From NCBI GenBank assembly GCA_024650005.2, contig CP122380.1, positions 864,001 to 928,000 of the forward strand: a stretch of DNA of 64,000 bases, written 5' to 3'. This document shows positions 20,828 through 30,802 of the stretch, piece after piece; within the stretch, counting starts at the first letter, position 1; every line of letters begins with the position of its first letter. The notes below the pieces were generated by a model. The model ran no database searches and was not told the origin of the DNA. It saw only the letters and a program-made list of their open reading frames with translations. The DNA is from Candidatus Bathyarchaeum tardum (GTDB lineage: Archaea; Thermoproteota; Bathyarchaeia; Bathyarchaeales; Bathyarchaeaceae). The position numbers and the translations under genes are program-made.

Positions 20828-21132
20828 AATTTATTCACAATCTCCTCGAATAAACTGAAATTTTCTTCCAAATCAACAGACAAAAAATACGTGTTAGCGT
20901 ATCCGTCCCCTGTGGAAGTGATTAACCTGTTTTTTTCTAAAACTTTCAGGTGATGCCGTATTGTTCGGTAATCCATTTCAACTGAAGCTGCCAATTGGTT
21001 CGCATTCTGAGGTTGCTCATGCAGGATTTCAATTATCTTTGCACGAGTTAATCCACCCCTACTTCCTGCAATAAGCCAACCAAGCAAGTACTTCAAAGGG
21101 CGGACCCGAACAGACATCAATAGTTCCTCCAA
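20794..21132 (-). CDS. ArsR-like winged-helix transcriptional regulator
   Basis: LIAGSRGGLTRAKII...NANQLA...DYRTIRHHLKVL...Y. Confidence 0.88.
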   Translation of the reverse strand: MEELLMSVRVRPLKYLLGWLIAGSRGGLTRAKIIEILHEQPQNANQLAASVEMDYRTIRHHLKVLEKNRLITSTGDGYANTYFLSVDLEENFSLFEEIVNKLWKKQKREKKK

Positions 21133-21290
21133 AAAAACCAGAGTTTAATCGAGATGACTTGAAATAGTAATAGCTGAAAATTTGCTGTTTTATTTTTTGT
21201 GACCTTGGAAAACAAATTCAATTTGTTGCTTTTAAGTTCCAAGGCAAACAGTTTTTTCCACCACATAATCAAAGGCGTGAAAAGTTAAAT

Positions 21291-21842
21291 TTAACTAAAT
21301 TCGGTGTTTGAACTGGAAACAAAAAGTCCACTTATTATTGCAAACAAGAACACTGTTACTTCAGCAAACATCAGTATTGATCTAACATCAAAGGAATACG
21401 AATACGAAGGCGTAAATACATAGATTACAAACACTGCAAGTATAAGGGAAAGGATTCCGATCATAGAAAATTTGAAGTTAGTCTTTTTTAGCATGAACAT
21501 TCCGCTTGCCATTGCACATATGGAGCAGATGATAGAAACAGCTCCAAAGACTAAGAATCCTTGCAAGTCTGAGGGCAAAACAGTTGAACCAAAATAATCA
21601 ACCAAAGAAGCATACTGGTATAATCCAACATAACCAACACTGGCAATGAAAGCTGCAGAAATTAAGGTTAAAATCGCTGCAGCAAAAACCAAATCTGGTT
21701 GTTTATGTTGCAGTTGAACTGAATTTGATTGTTTTTCGTCATTTTCAGTTAAAACAAATTTGCTGCAGTCCGGGCAAACTTCATTTTCGTCAATAATAAC
21801 GTCTTTTCCACAATTTGGACAAATCAATAGGTACACAACCAC
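21291..21842 (-). CDS. Zinc-ribbon + 4-TM membrane protein
   Basis: CPNC...CPDC, then four hydrophobic helices. Confidence 0.75.
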   Translation of the reverse strand: MVVYLLICPNCGKDVIIDENEVCPDCSKFVLTENDEKQSNSVQLQHKQPDLVFAAAILTLISAAFIASVGYVGLYQYASLVDYFGSTVLPSDLQGFLVFGAVSIICSICAMASGMFMLKKTNFKFSMIGILSLILAVFVIYVFTPSYSYSFDVRSILMFAEVTVFLFAIISGLFVSSSNTEFS

Positions 21843-22446
21843 TTTTCAGCTTTGAATTTTGGCGGGATGGTAAAAAATTCACAAGAGTGAATATTTAAGG
21901 TTATTTCAGAATTGAAGAGAAAATACGAAATTAATCGCAAACCAATAGGTGTTTTTTAGAATTTTTATTTTTCCAGTGCCATCATCCTAGTTAATTTGCA
22001 ATATATGCATCACTTATCCTACGATTCTCACGATACTGTACTGGTTGGGACAACAATTACTGCTATAGTGACTGACAAAAAAAAATATCCTGCACATAAA
22101 CGCAAAAAACAAGGAAAAGCTGAAAAGAGCGATAATAATAACCAGAAACTGGTTATCCTCTGATTTTTTCGAGTTCAACTAATGTCAATTTTTTCTCTTT
22201 CTAATCTTCTCGTCTGGTTACTATAAATTATTTATAAATAAAAATTCTAGAAAAATAAATCAAAGAAATGCGCCCTTAGTTGATGTTATTTTCGGCGTGC
22301 CCACACAGCTAATTGAAAGAAACAAGATAAATCATAGGCAAAATAGCATAATCTTCTCGCTCACATATTATGTATTTTCATTTTTAGTACCACCCTGCTT
22401 AGGCTGGAAGGGTTATCATTTGGGGATAAATTGAGAAATCTTCACC

Positions 22447-23205
22447 TTGTTTTCTTGCAGAAGCTCCATTTTTAACCCCAAAAGTTTTAACCTTTTTTTT
22501 TTAACTTTCCTTTGTGGTATGATGTTATCAATTATAATTACTTCTCTAACTGCAAACAATCAGACTTCTAAGTCTTTGCAGCAACTTGATTTTGAACACG
22601 AAATCATACTGGCAACTGAGAAGGGTCTAGGGCTTGCTCGTAACAAAGGAGCTGAACGTGCAAAAGGGGATCTCCTTGTTTTTTTGGATTCTGACCTTAA
22701 AGTGTATCCTGCTCTTTGGTCTGTTGTTCACAGTTTGCCTATTGGCAGCTTCGCTATGGCTTATGAGGGTTTTAGCCATGGTGGAACGCCTCAGCCTGTA
22801 ACAAGAGTTTTGGCGATTCACAAGCAAGACTTTCAAAAAATCAGGTTTGATGAGTCAATTCAATATTGTGGGGAAGACCGGGACTTTTTTTTAACCTGTT
22901 ATGAGAAAGGGCTGACGCCAAAATACGTGAGACCTGCAGGTTATTATGAACACATAGATCATCCTTTGAGAATTGAAAACAGGCTTGTTCTGTTTAAAGA
23001 ATCTTACGAACTTGCATACGTTTTGCGAAAACACGGTGCCACAACACGGGTCTACAAAAGCTTCAGAAGGTGGCTATTTCCGTTTATGTTCAAAAAATCT
23101 TATGTGAAATTGTCGATTAAATCATTTGCTGTAAAGTTTTCAATATCAATGGTTAGAGATTTTTGTATTTTAATTCATCTGTTTACAAGAGTTGATAAAA
23201 ATTAA
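22447..23205 (+). CDS. Glycosyltransferase family 2 (start probably ~22519)
   Basis: 'LSIII', ARNKG, LVFLDSD (DxD), FDES...GEDRDF. Confidence 0.85.
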   Translation: MFSCRSSIFNPKSFNLFFLTFLCGMMLSIIITSLTANNQTSKSLQQLDFEHEIILATEKGLGLARNKGAERAKGDLLVFLDSDLKVYPALWSVVHSLPIGSFAMAYEGFSHGGTPQPVTRVLAIHKQDFQKIRFDESIQYCGEDRDFFLTCYEKGLTPKYVRPAGYYEHIDHPLRIENRLVLFKESYELAYVLRKHGATTRVYKSFRRWLFPFMFKKSYVKLSIKSFAVKFSISMVRDFCILIHLFTRVDKN

Positions 23206-23540
23206 TCTTGATATTGTCTTTGGGTTTGGGTTGAAATTTTAACCAAAAAACAGTTCTTGATTTGACTTAATCTTAAAATTTTGAGATCAATCACCAGTTT
23301 ATGGATTATTCTTTATCCTTTGAAAATTGAACTAATAATCAGGACCTTTAATTGAAGCAAATATAAAGCGATTACAAAATGATGTTTTTGTCCGAAGAAG
23401 TGAACCAAATGATTTCTCTGTTTTTGGTTTTTAGTTATTGTTTGTGAAAAACTCGAATAATACTAAATTTGGATATGAATGATTTGAAGAAATTCTTAAA
23501 AAACTAAACAAAAGAAAAAATAAATAAGAATTTTAGTGAT

Positions 23541-24182
23541 TTAGGAATCTAATTTTTTGAAAACATACATACATCCTACTTTGTCAGGATATTCATGCTC
23601 TTTTAACCTTTGAAAATTATTTTTTTCAAATATACTCATGTAATCATCAAACGACCTGAAATACTGGTATTTGGTGTCTGTTGTGGAGGGAAAAAAGAGG
23701 TATTTTAAATAACCTAAATTTCGTTTTTTAAACAGTCTCCGCAATGCGTTTGAACGAGAAAAGGGATTTTTCTTCCAAGTGTAAATGAACAAATATTTTG
23801 AAGAATAGCGACACACATTATCAACAGTTTTAACAAATGAATCTTCATCCATGATGTGAAATAACATATCAAAACAGAACACAATTGGAGCTTTGAGGTT
23901 TTCAATAAACCTATCTGAAGAGGAATGAATAAACTTCCATTGAGGACGAGTAGCTTTGTTTTTCTTCAAAATTGTTTCAGAGATGTCTATTCCTGTATAA
24001 TTTTTGCAATCTCGACCTAGCCAAAAAGTAAGGTCTCCACAACCCACATCAACAACATTTTCAACTATATTTACTTCTTCATCAATAATTTTCCATTTCC
24101 AATCTCTAGATTCGTCAACAGAGCCTTCTCCACTTGTTCCACCTTGTTTGTATCTTCTTTCCCAGTAACTAAGTTGAAACAT
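23541..24182 (-). CDS. Class I SAM-dependent methyltransferase (glycan-locus type)
   Basis: YWERRY..GGTSGEGS; VVDVGCGD; YTGIDIS; DMLFHI. Confidence 0.88.
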   Translation of the reverse strand: MFQLSYWERRYKQGGTSGEGSVDESRDWKWKIIDEEVNIVENVVDVGCGDLTFWLGRDCKNYTGIDISETILKKNKATRPQWKFIHSSSDRFIENLKAPIVFCFDMLFHIMDEDSFVKTVDNVCRYSSKYLFIYTWKKNPFSRSNALRRLFKKRNLGYLKYLFFPSTTDTKYQYFRSFDDYMSIFEKNNFQRLKEHEYPDKVGCMYVFKKLDS

Positions 24183-24397
24183 ACTTGTTCAAAACGTTAC
24201 TCAACTATATTTTATTTACCCCGTTTTTTGTTCCATGTTTTAAGGATTGATATTGAAATTCAATCATGGATAACGCTATAACGCCGTAAATTTAAAACCT
24301 TAAACGTAAACATTACCCCTTTTGTCATTAATATATCATTTTAATTAAACTAAACTTTATTTTTGGTTATTCAACCTTTTTATCAGGTAGATTTTGG

Positions 24398-24754
24398 TTG
24401 AATTTTGAAAAATTCTTTTATACTATTTTTTATGGTGAGTCAGATGAACAGGCGCTATTGGTGAAAAATGTGATTCGGACGTCGGGGATGGGAACTCAAA
24501 ACGTGTTTGAAATGGGTGTTGTATTGATTAGAAACACCACATGGAAGTGTGGAAAAGTGGAACGACTGATAATAAACTATTTGCGAAATCATATTCATCA
24601 CCGAAGTTCTAATAAATATTCCATGAAAGAAATGCTTGAGCACTTCAATTCTAAAGGCAAACACGACACTCAGGTTCTTGATGCGGTTGACCGACTGGAA
24701 AACCGGGGAATAATCAAACTAGTACCAAACTCAAGCGATGAAAATATCGAATAA
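24398..24754 (+). CDS. Small wHTH-like hypothetical protein (true start may be downstream)
   Basis: 'VLDAVDRLENRGIIKL' wing motif; directly upstream of htrA. Confidence 0.55.
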   Translation: MNFEKFFYTIFYGESDEQALLVKNVIRTSGMGTQNVFEMGVVLIRNTTWKCGKVERLIINYLRNHIHHRSSNKYSMKEMLEHFNSKGKHDTQVLDAVDRLENRGIIKLVPNSSDENIE

Positions 24755-24781
24755 TCCGAAGGAAAAAAGGAGGGAAACCAA

Positions 24782-26020
24782 TTGGAAACAACTTATGAAC
24801 AACCAAGACCCTCACGCAAATGGACATCGTTGATTGTTGCAGTTTTGGTAATCAGTTTAGTTGTTGGAGCCTTTTCAGGTTATTTAACATGTTTTTTTGC
24901 TACTTCTGGAGAAATTGATGAACTACAAAATCAAGTTACTAATCTTCAGGGACAACTTGCTCAGGTTCAATCCAGTCAAAGCAGCAATAACCAAAATCTT
25001 ATCGTCACTACGGTGAGTAATGCTTCAGTTTCCCAGTTATATGCCCAAGTTGCAGATTCAGTTGTTGTTATCCGGGGAATGATTTCTTACAATGACTTTT
25101 TTGGTCGCGTGTATTATTCACAAGTTCAGGGCTCAGGTTTTGTTTACACTTTTGCAGGACAAAATGTGATTATTACAAACTCCCACGTAATAGAGGGCGC
25201 AACTGGTATTACTGTAACTTTTGTAAACGGTAACGCTTACTCTGCAACTGTTCTGGGCTCTGACCCATACGCAGAGTTGGCTGTTCTTTCTACTGATGCT
25301 CCGGAAGAAGAATTTGTTCCCCTTGAAATTACTAGTTCATCCAATTTGCAGGTTGGCGACCCAGTTATCGTTGTGGGCACTCCTTATGGACTTGCAGGGT
25401 CAATGAGCACTGGATACGTTAGCGCCTTAGGTCGAACCTTAACCGCTGAAACAACAGGGGGCTATGTGATAGCAAATGTAATTCAAACAACTGCTGCACT
25501 TAACCCGGGAAACTCGGGGGGTCCAGTTCTAAACTATAACGGTGAAGTAATTGGAATAGCAACAGCCATTTTTGCAAACTCTGAAGGGTTAGGATTTGCA
25601 ATACCGTCTAACACTATTCTAAGAGAAATTGAAGCATTAGTTAATGAGGGCTACTACAACGACCATCCATGGCTTGGTGCATCGGGAGTGGACATGAATT
25701 ATGAAATTGCTCAAGAAATGGAAGTTGACGTTACTTACGGCTGGCTTATTGCTAACGTTTCTAACGGAGGACCTTCAGACCAAGCAGGATTACACGGAGG
25801 AACCCAACAGGTTATAGTTGCAGACGAAAATGTAGTTGTTGGAGGAGATATCATAATAGCAATTAATGGAACCCGAATAACTGGAATAGATGACATGTCT
25901 TCATACTTATCAGAGTACACACTACCGGGGGACGTAGTTGAGTTAACAGTAATTCGCAACAACGAAACAATTAGCATAGACCTAGAATTAGGAACCCGAC
26001 CAACCACTGCAAACTTGTAA
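24782..26020 (+). CDS. htrA: Membrane-anchored HtrA/DegP trypsin-like serine protease with PDZ domain
   Basis: TM + coiled coil; GSGF, ITNSHV, ELAVL (Glu at the usual catalytic Asp position), NPGNSGGP; PDZ 'GDIIIAING'. Confidence 0.92.
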   Translation: METTYEQPRPSRKWTSLIVAVLVISLVVGAFSGYLTCFFATSGEIDELQNQVTNLQGQLAQVQSSQSSNNQNLIVTTVSNASVSQLYAQVADSVVVIRGMISYNDFFGRVYYSQVQGSGFVYTFAGQNVIITNSHVIEGATGITVTFVNGNAYSATVLGSDPYAELAVLSTDAPEEEFVPLEITSSSNLQVGDPVIVVGTPYGLAGSMSTGYVSALGRTLTAETTGGYVIANVIQTTAALNPGNSGGPVLNYNGEVIGIATAIFANSEGLGFAIPSNTILREIEALVNEGYYNDHPWLGASGVDMNYEIAQEMEVDVTYGWLIANVSNGGPSDQAGLHGGTQQVIVADENVVVGGDIIIAINGTRITGIDDMSSYLSEYTLPGDVVELTVIRNNETISIDLELGTRPTTANL

Positions 26021-26039
26021 CTGCAACAAAAAATAACCT

Positions 26040-26894
26040 TTATTTCTCCAATATGTTCAGCAAAGCCAAAGTAGCATAAATTGCCTCTTCGGTTCTTACT
26101 GTTTTTGTTCCCTGATTTGGAATCGTGTTAATGTTGTAATCCGTTATTTGCTCTAGGCTTAGTTTTTCTTTTGCAACAATTTTTTGCAGTCCCTGAGAAG
26201 GCGCCCCAAAACCTACTAAAATTTTCTTTGAGTTATTCCATTTTTCAGACAACTCATCTGCAACTTTCTGGAAGTATACGCCCATTTTAGATGTAGCAAC
26301 CACTAAATCGTAGTTACGGGACTTAATCAGTTGACCAAAGGAACCTTTTGCTGTTGTTACAGTATAACCCCAATATTGATTGATGTTTACAGGATTAGCT
26401 AGGGCTAATTTTTTGGTTTTCCCAACCTGCACTATTTCTACTGTAACCCTTCGGTTAACAGGAAGCTTTTGTTCAGGAAGCAAAAGTGCATTTTCAACGC
26501 CGATATCAACAAAAGAACCCTTGTTGTTAACAGAAACCACAACCCCTTCCCGGTATTCTCCTTTTTTGAGTTTGTTTACTTGACTTTCTAAAGGGTGATG
26601 AGGAGTACGTAAGGGAGGCAAAATTCCAGCATATTTTAGTTCAGGTTTTAGTTGGAACAACCTTTTTCTCAGATACTGCGGAGTTTCCATGTATGCCAAC
26701 AAAGTAGCGATTAAGCCGCGATCCCTTTTTTGATTAGGTCCCCCTTCTTGGTCGGAATAAATTACAATTTCATTTACTTGGAAAATGGCTGCAGCCCTGC
26801 CGATTAAACCAATTTCTAGGGTTTTTTCTCGCAGATGGGGAATATCTGAAATTACCGAAGCAGGTATTGCAATTACAAGTTTTCGTTTATGCAT
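26040..26894 (-). CDS. SPOUT-class RNA methyltransferase (MTH1/DUF171 family)
   Basis: IGRAAAIF, YMETPQYLRK, GILPPLRTPHH, PNQGTKTVRTEEA. Confidence 0.92.
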   Translation of the reverse strand: MHKRKLVIAIPASVISDIPHLREKTLEIGLIGRAAAIFQVNEIVIYSDQEGGPNQKRDRGLIATLLAYMETPQYLRKRLFQLKPELKYAGILPPLRTPHHPLESQVNKLKKGEYREGVVVSVNNKGSFVDIGVENALLLPEQKLPVNRRVTVEIVQVGKTKKLALANPVNINQYWGYTVTTAKGSFGQLIKSRNYDLVVATSKMGVYFQKVADELSEKWNNSKKILVGFGAPSQGLQKIVAKEKLSLEQITDYNINTIPNQGTKTVRTEEAIYATLALLNILEK

Positions 26895-27153
26895 TATAGT
26901 TTTTCTCCTGGGAATGTCTATGAATCAGACAAAACCTGCATGCCATTGATTTTGTGGGAGCAGTTTCAAAGATTTTTTCGACATCAAAGGCATTAGTTTC
27001 TTGCATGGTTTTTAAACCTTGTTTGAAGTTAAAGATGATTCATAGAATGTTGTGTTACCATCCTCAAACAAGAACAAATACTTAGCGTTCAACTCGTCAC
27101 CGTTTCAATCATCTAGGTACCGTTAAAAACTAGCTCATTTGTATCAATAGGCT

Positions 27154-28392
27154 CTACTTGTAACCGTGAAATCCCTTTCTTGCTTTTTTTCCTGTCCAGC
27201 CTTTTTCTACATATTTTTTGAGCATAGGACAGGGTTTGTACAACTCTATGGAAAACTGGTCGTAAGCAGATTCTAACGTATCTAGAACATTATCTAATCC
27301 TTGGATGTCCGCGTATTCACAGGGACCATACGTCCATCCTGTTCCTAGCTTCATGCCCAAATCAATGCTTTTTGGGTCTGCAATGCCTTCAAAAATAATC
27401 CACGTTGCCTCGTTTACTGCAACCGCCCATGAACGGTTCACATTATATTTTCCTTCAAGTTTTTCTGGGATTTCTGGTCTGCCTTTGTTCCAATCATAAA
27501 ATCCTTGACCTGTTTTTTTGCCTAGATTGTTTAATTCAATTAAGGGTTCGGTTATTTTTAGATGTGGATAAAATCTTTTTCCGTGGGCTTCATGCAATAT
27601 TTTGCTAACGTCATGTTCAATGTCTACTCCAACAAAATCGATCAGTTCAAACCAGCCCATTGGAAATCTGCCACAATATTTTATTGCGGAATCAATTTCT
27701 TCTATTGTTGCTTCTTTGCGGGTATACGTCCAGAAAGCCTCGTTGAAAACTGAAACAAGAATCCTGCTAACAATAAACCCTCGCGCATCTTTCTTGCAAA
27801 GAATAGGGGTTTTTCCAAGTTTTTTGCCTACATTCATTGTAGCGTTTAATGTCGCCGTGTTGGTGTCGTTGCCTTTAATCACTTCTATCAAATTAATCAA
27901 TGGGGGTGGAATAAACCAGTGCATCCCTACTGTTTTTTCTGGTTTTTTTGTTGCCCGTCCAATCTCAGTTACACTTAAGGCAGAAGTATTCGAAGCAATT
28001 ATTGCATGCAGGGGAGCATACTTGTCAATCTTGGAAAAAATCTGCTTTTTCAGTTGCATATTTTCTGAAACTGACTCCACGACTAAATCAACATCCAATA
28101 AACCTTCCCTGTATGAGTCACTTGTCCTGATTCGAGACAAAGCAGTCTGCATATCTTCTTGACTCATACTGCCTTTTTCTGCTAACTTGCTTAGGCTCCA
28201 CTCAATATTTTGAACTGCATTTTCTAGGTTGGCTTTATTTCTGCTCAAAAGGGTCACATCAAAACCATTAACTGCAAAACACTGAGCAATACCGTGGCCC
28301 ATTAAGCCTGTTCCGATAACTGCTACCCGCTGAATGTTTGTGTCTGCCGTTTTTCTCACCTTAATTTCATGCTGGAACAAACTCGTAGGCAA
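27154..28392 (-). CDS. 3-hydroxyacyl-CoA dehydrogenase (duplicated C-terminal domain; start probably ~28359)
   Basis: GTGLMGHGIA, ESVSE...K, ASNTS, GMHWF, GFIVSR, GKKTGQGFY. Confidence 0.92.
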   Translation of the reverse strand: MPTSLFQHEIKVRKTADTNIQRVAVIGTGLMGHGIAQCFAVNGFDVTLLSRNKANLENAVQNIEWSLSKLAEKGSMSQEDMQTALSRIRTSDSYREGLLDVDLVVESVSENMQLKKQIFSKIDKYAPLHAIIASNTSALSVTEIGRATKKPEKTVGMHWFIPPPLINLIEVIKGNDTNTATLNATMNVGKKLGKTPILCKKDARGFIVSRILVSVFNEAFWTYTRKEATIEEIDSAIKYCGRFPMGWFELIDFVGVDIEHDVSKILHEAHGKRFYPHLKITEPLIELNNLGKKTGQGFYDWNKGRPEIPEKLEGKYNVNRSWAVAVNEATWIIFEGIADPKSIDLGMKLGTGWTYGPCEYADIQGLDNVLDTLESAYDQFSIELYKPCPMLKKYVEKGWTGKKARKGFHGYK

Positions 28393-28798
28393 CTTTTTTA
28401 TCAGAAAAAACTTTTGCTTTAAGCTTAACTTTCATTCCTATATGCAACTTTTCTTTTTTAATGCCGCTAAGCCACGCTAGCACTTTAACCCCTTCGCTTA
28501 GCTTGGCAATTGCAACAATGTATGAGGGTTCTTCTGAAAAACTGGCTGGTTTAACAACCACTTCGGTAAACGTCACAATTTTTCCGTTTCCAATTAATTC
28601 AGTCCATTCTATTTCGGATGAACCGCACGGTCCACAATCTGCGACAGGAGGAAACACTAACTTGCCACACTTTTTACATTTAGTGGCATAGACTTTTCCT
28701 TGCTTTAGTTCATCCCAGAACTTTGAGGTCTTACTTATTGGCAGATTATATGTTATTATCAATGACCTGTTGCTTTCCAACGATGGTGCTTTATTCAT
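28367..28798 (-). CDS. DUF35 zinc-ribbon/OB-fold thiolase partner
   Basis: CKKCG...PP..DCGPC; GKIVTFT; OB fold. Confidence 0.9.
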   Translation of the reverse strand: MNKAPSLESNRSLIITYNLPISKTSKFWDELKQGKVYATKCKKCGKLVFPPVADCGPCGSSEIEWTELIGNGKIVTFTEVVVKPASFSEEPSYIVAIAKLSEGVKVLAWLSGIKKEKLHIGMKVKLKAKVFSDKKVAYEFVPA

Positions 28799-28802
28799 TT
28801 TT

Positions 28803-29966
28803 TCATCTCCTTAGTATGCTTACAAATCCATAATGGCCAGTGCCCCCCGTGTTATGTGCTAAAGCAACATAATTTTTCATAGGTGCTTGCCTGGTGGGTT
28901 TCACTTCTTCACGCAACTGTTTTGTCAGTTCTACAAGCATCGAAACCCCTGTGGTTCCGATTGGGTGACCTTTAGCCTTTAAGCCCCCGTCAAGATTAAC
29001 TGGAATTTTTCCTCCAATTTCTGTTTCTCCGTCACGAATCATTTGTGCGCCGTCACCTTTTTCACAAAAACCTAAGTCTTCATAGGCCATTATTTCAGCA
29101 ATTGTAAAACAGTCATGAACATTTGCAACATCCACATCAATGGGCGAAATTCCAGCAATGTTATAAGCCATTTTTGCTGCTTTCACCGATGCAGATAACC
29201 CCACGTAATTTTCTCGTTTAGAAATATTAGCAGTATCCGAAGCAAAACCCATGGCGTCTATCCACACTGGGTCTTCTATTTTTAACTCTTTAACTTTGCT
29301 TTCGGACGCTAAAACCAATGCTGCTGAACCATCCGTAATTGGACAACAATCATAGAGCTTCAATGGCCACGCAATTACGTTCGAATTAAGGGCTTTCTCT
29401 ACAGTAATTTCGTGCCTGAGGTGAGCTACTGGATTCATTGCCCCATACCTATGGTTTTTTACTGCAACCCGCGCCAAATCTTTTTCAGTAGTACCAAATT
29501 TTTCCATATGCTCAACTGCATGTAATGCATAATACGCAGGGAAGGTCATTCCAAAATTTTCAAACTCCCACATGTAATATCCTGCTCGGCCAATCATCTC
29601 CATGACCGTGGATGTGTCTATTTGTTTCATTTTTTCTGCCCCAACAACAAGTGCTAAATCTGTTTGCTTGCTCATTACTGCAGAGTAAGCATTGAAAACC
29701 GCGGCACTTCCTGAGGCACAAGCTGCTTCACATCTCACTAAACCTGCTCCTGTTAAACCACAGTATTCTGCAATAACAACAGCAGGCAACGGCTCTTCGG
29801 ACCAAACCCCCATCGACCCCAACGCCATGTATGGAATCTCTTTTGCTGTTAATCCCGAAGCATCAAGAGCAGGCTGAATTGCTTCGAAAGACAACTCAGC
29901 CAGATTGACATCTGATCGGTCCCCAAATCTGCTGTGACCTTTTCCAATAATTGCTACTTTATTCAT
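28803..29966 (-). CDS. Thiolase (SCP2-type acetyl-CoA acyltransferase)
   Basis: EAACASG, VKNH, DGSAA, HDCFT, GHPIGTTG, HNTGG. Confidence 0.93.
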   Translation of the reverse strand: MNKVAIIGKGHSRFGDRSDVNLAELSFEAIQPALDASGLTAKEIPYMALGSMGVWSEEPLPAVVIAEYCGLTGAGLVRCEAACASGSAAVFNAYSAVMSKQTDLALVVGAEKMKQIDTSTVMEMIGRAGYYMWEFENFGMTFPAYYALHAVEHMEKFGTTEKDLARVAVKNHRYGAMNPVAHLRHEITVEKALNSNVIAWPLKLYDCCPITDGSAALVLASESKVKELKIEDPVWIDAMGFASDTANISKRENYVGLSASVKAAKMAYNIAGISPIDVDVANVHDCFTIAEIMAYEDLGFCEKGDGAQMIRDGETEIGGKIPVNLDGGLKAKGHPIGTTGVSMLVELTKQLREEVKPTRQAPMKNYVALAHNTGGTGHYGFVSILRR

Positions 29967-30010
29967 GGCTATTCATCTGCAACTGTTGATATTTTGACTT
30001 GGTAGTCTCC

Positions 30011-30781
30011 TTATTTTTTGTTTCTTTGAGACGCAATATCTGCCAACTTGTTTTTTGTTTCGGTTAACAAAAAAAGCTGAACAAAGGAAGCTGTTTCCTT
30101 CTTGAAATCGTCATCGACGAGATTGGAAAAAATTGTTTTCTTTAACTGATAACAGGCGGATGGGGGACATTCACTTAATTTTTGAGCAAAAGACTCTATT
30201 TCCCTATCTAAATCATCTGAGGAAACAACAGTATCTACCAAACCAATTTTTAGCGCCTCTTCTGACCTAATGTTCTCTCCTAACATTATCAACTGCTTTG
30301 ATTTTGATTCCCCAACAATTAAGGGCAACCTTTGAGTTCCTCCCCATCCGGGAATAAAACCTAATTTAATTTCTGGAAACCCAAATTGAGCATCATCTGA
30401 TGATATTCGAAAATCACAGGCTAACGCTAACTCAAGCCCTCCCCCTAATGCGTATCCCTTAATGGAGGCTAAAACAGGTTTAGACATGTTTTCAATTTTT
30501 GAAAAAACTTCTTGCCCATTAATAGAGAAAGCTCTTGCTGTTTCTTTGGTCAAATTCTGAAGTTCAGTTAAATCAGCACCAGCACTGAAGGACTTTTTTC
30601 CCTCACCTGATATTACTAAACATTTTATTTTTTTGTCTATCTCAAGGTTGTCTATTGCTTGAGACAATTCTTGTAACATAACAGAGTTTATAGCGTTAAG
30701 CTTGTCAGGTCGGTTAAATCTAATATGTGCAATCTGCCTTTTTTTGTGAACTTTTATTGTGCAGTAACTATTGGACACCAT
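30011..30781 (-). CDS. Enoyl-CoA hydratase/isomerase
   Basis: NRPDKLNA, FSAGADL, GGGLELALACD, PEIKLG..PGWGGTQRL. Confidence 0.93.
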   Translation of the reverse strand: MVSNSYCTIKVHKKRQIAHIRFNRPDKLNAINSVMLQELSQAIDNLEIDKKIKCLVISGEGKKSFSAGADLTELQNLTKETARAFSINGQEVFSKIENMSKPVLASIKGYALGGGLELALACDFRISSDDAQFGFPEIKLGFIPGWGGTQRLPLIVGESKSKQLIMLGENIRSEEALKIGLVDTVVSSDDLDREIESFAQKLSECPPSACYQLKKTIFSNLVDDDFKKETASFVQLFLLTETKNKLADIASQRNKK

Positions 30782-30802
30782 ATTTGCCTCAAAACTATTT
30801 AA

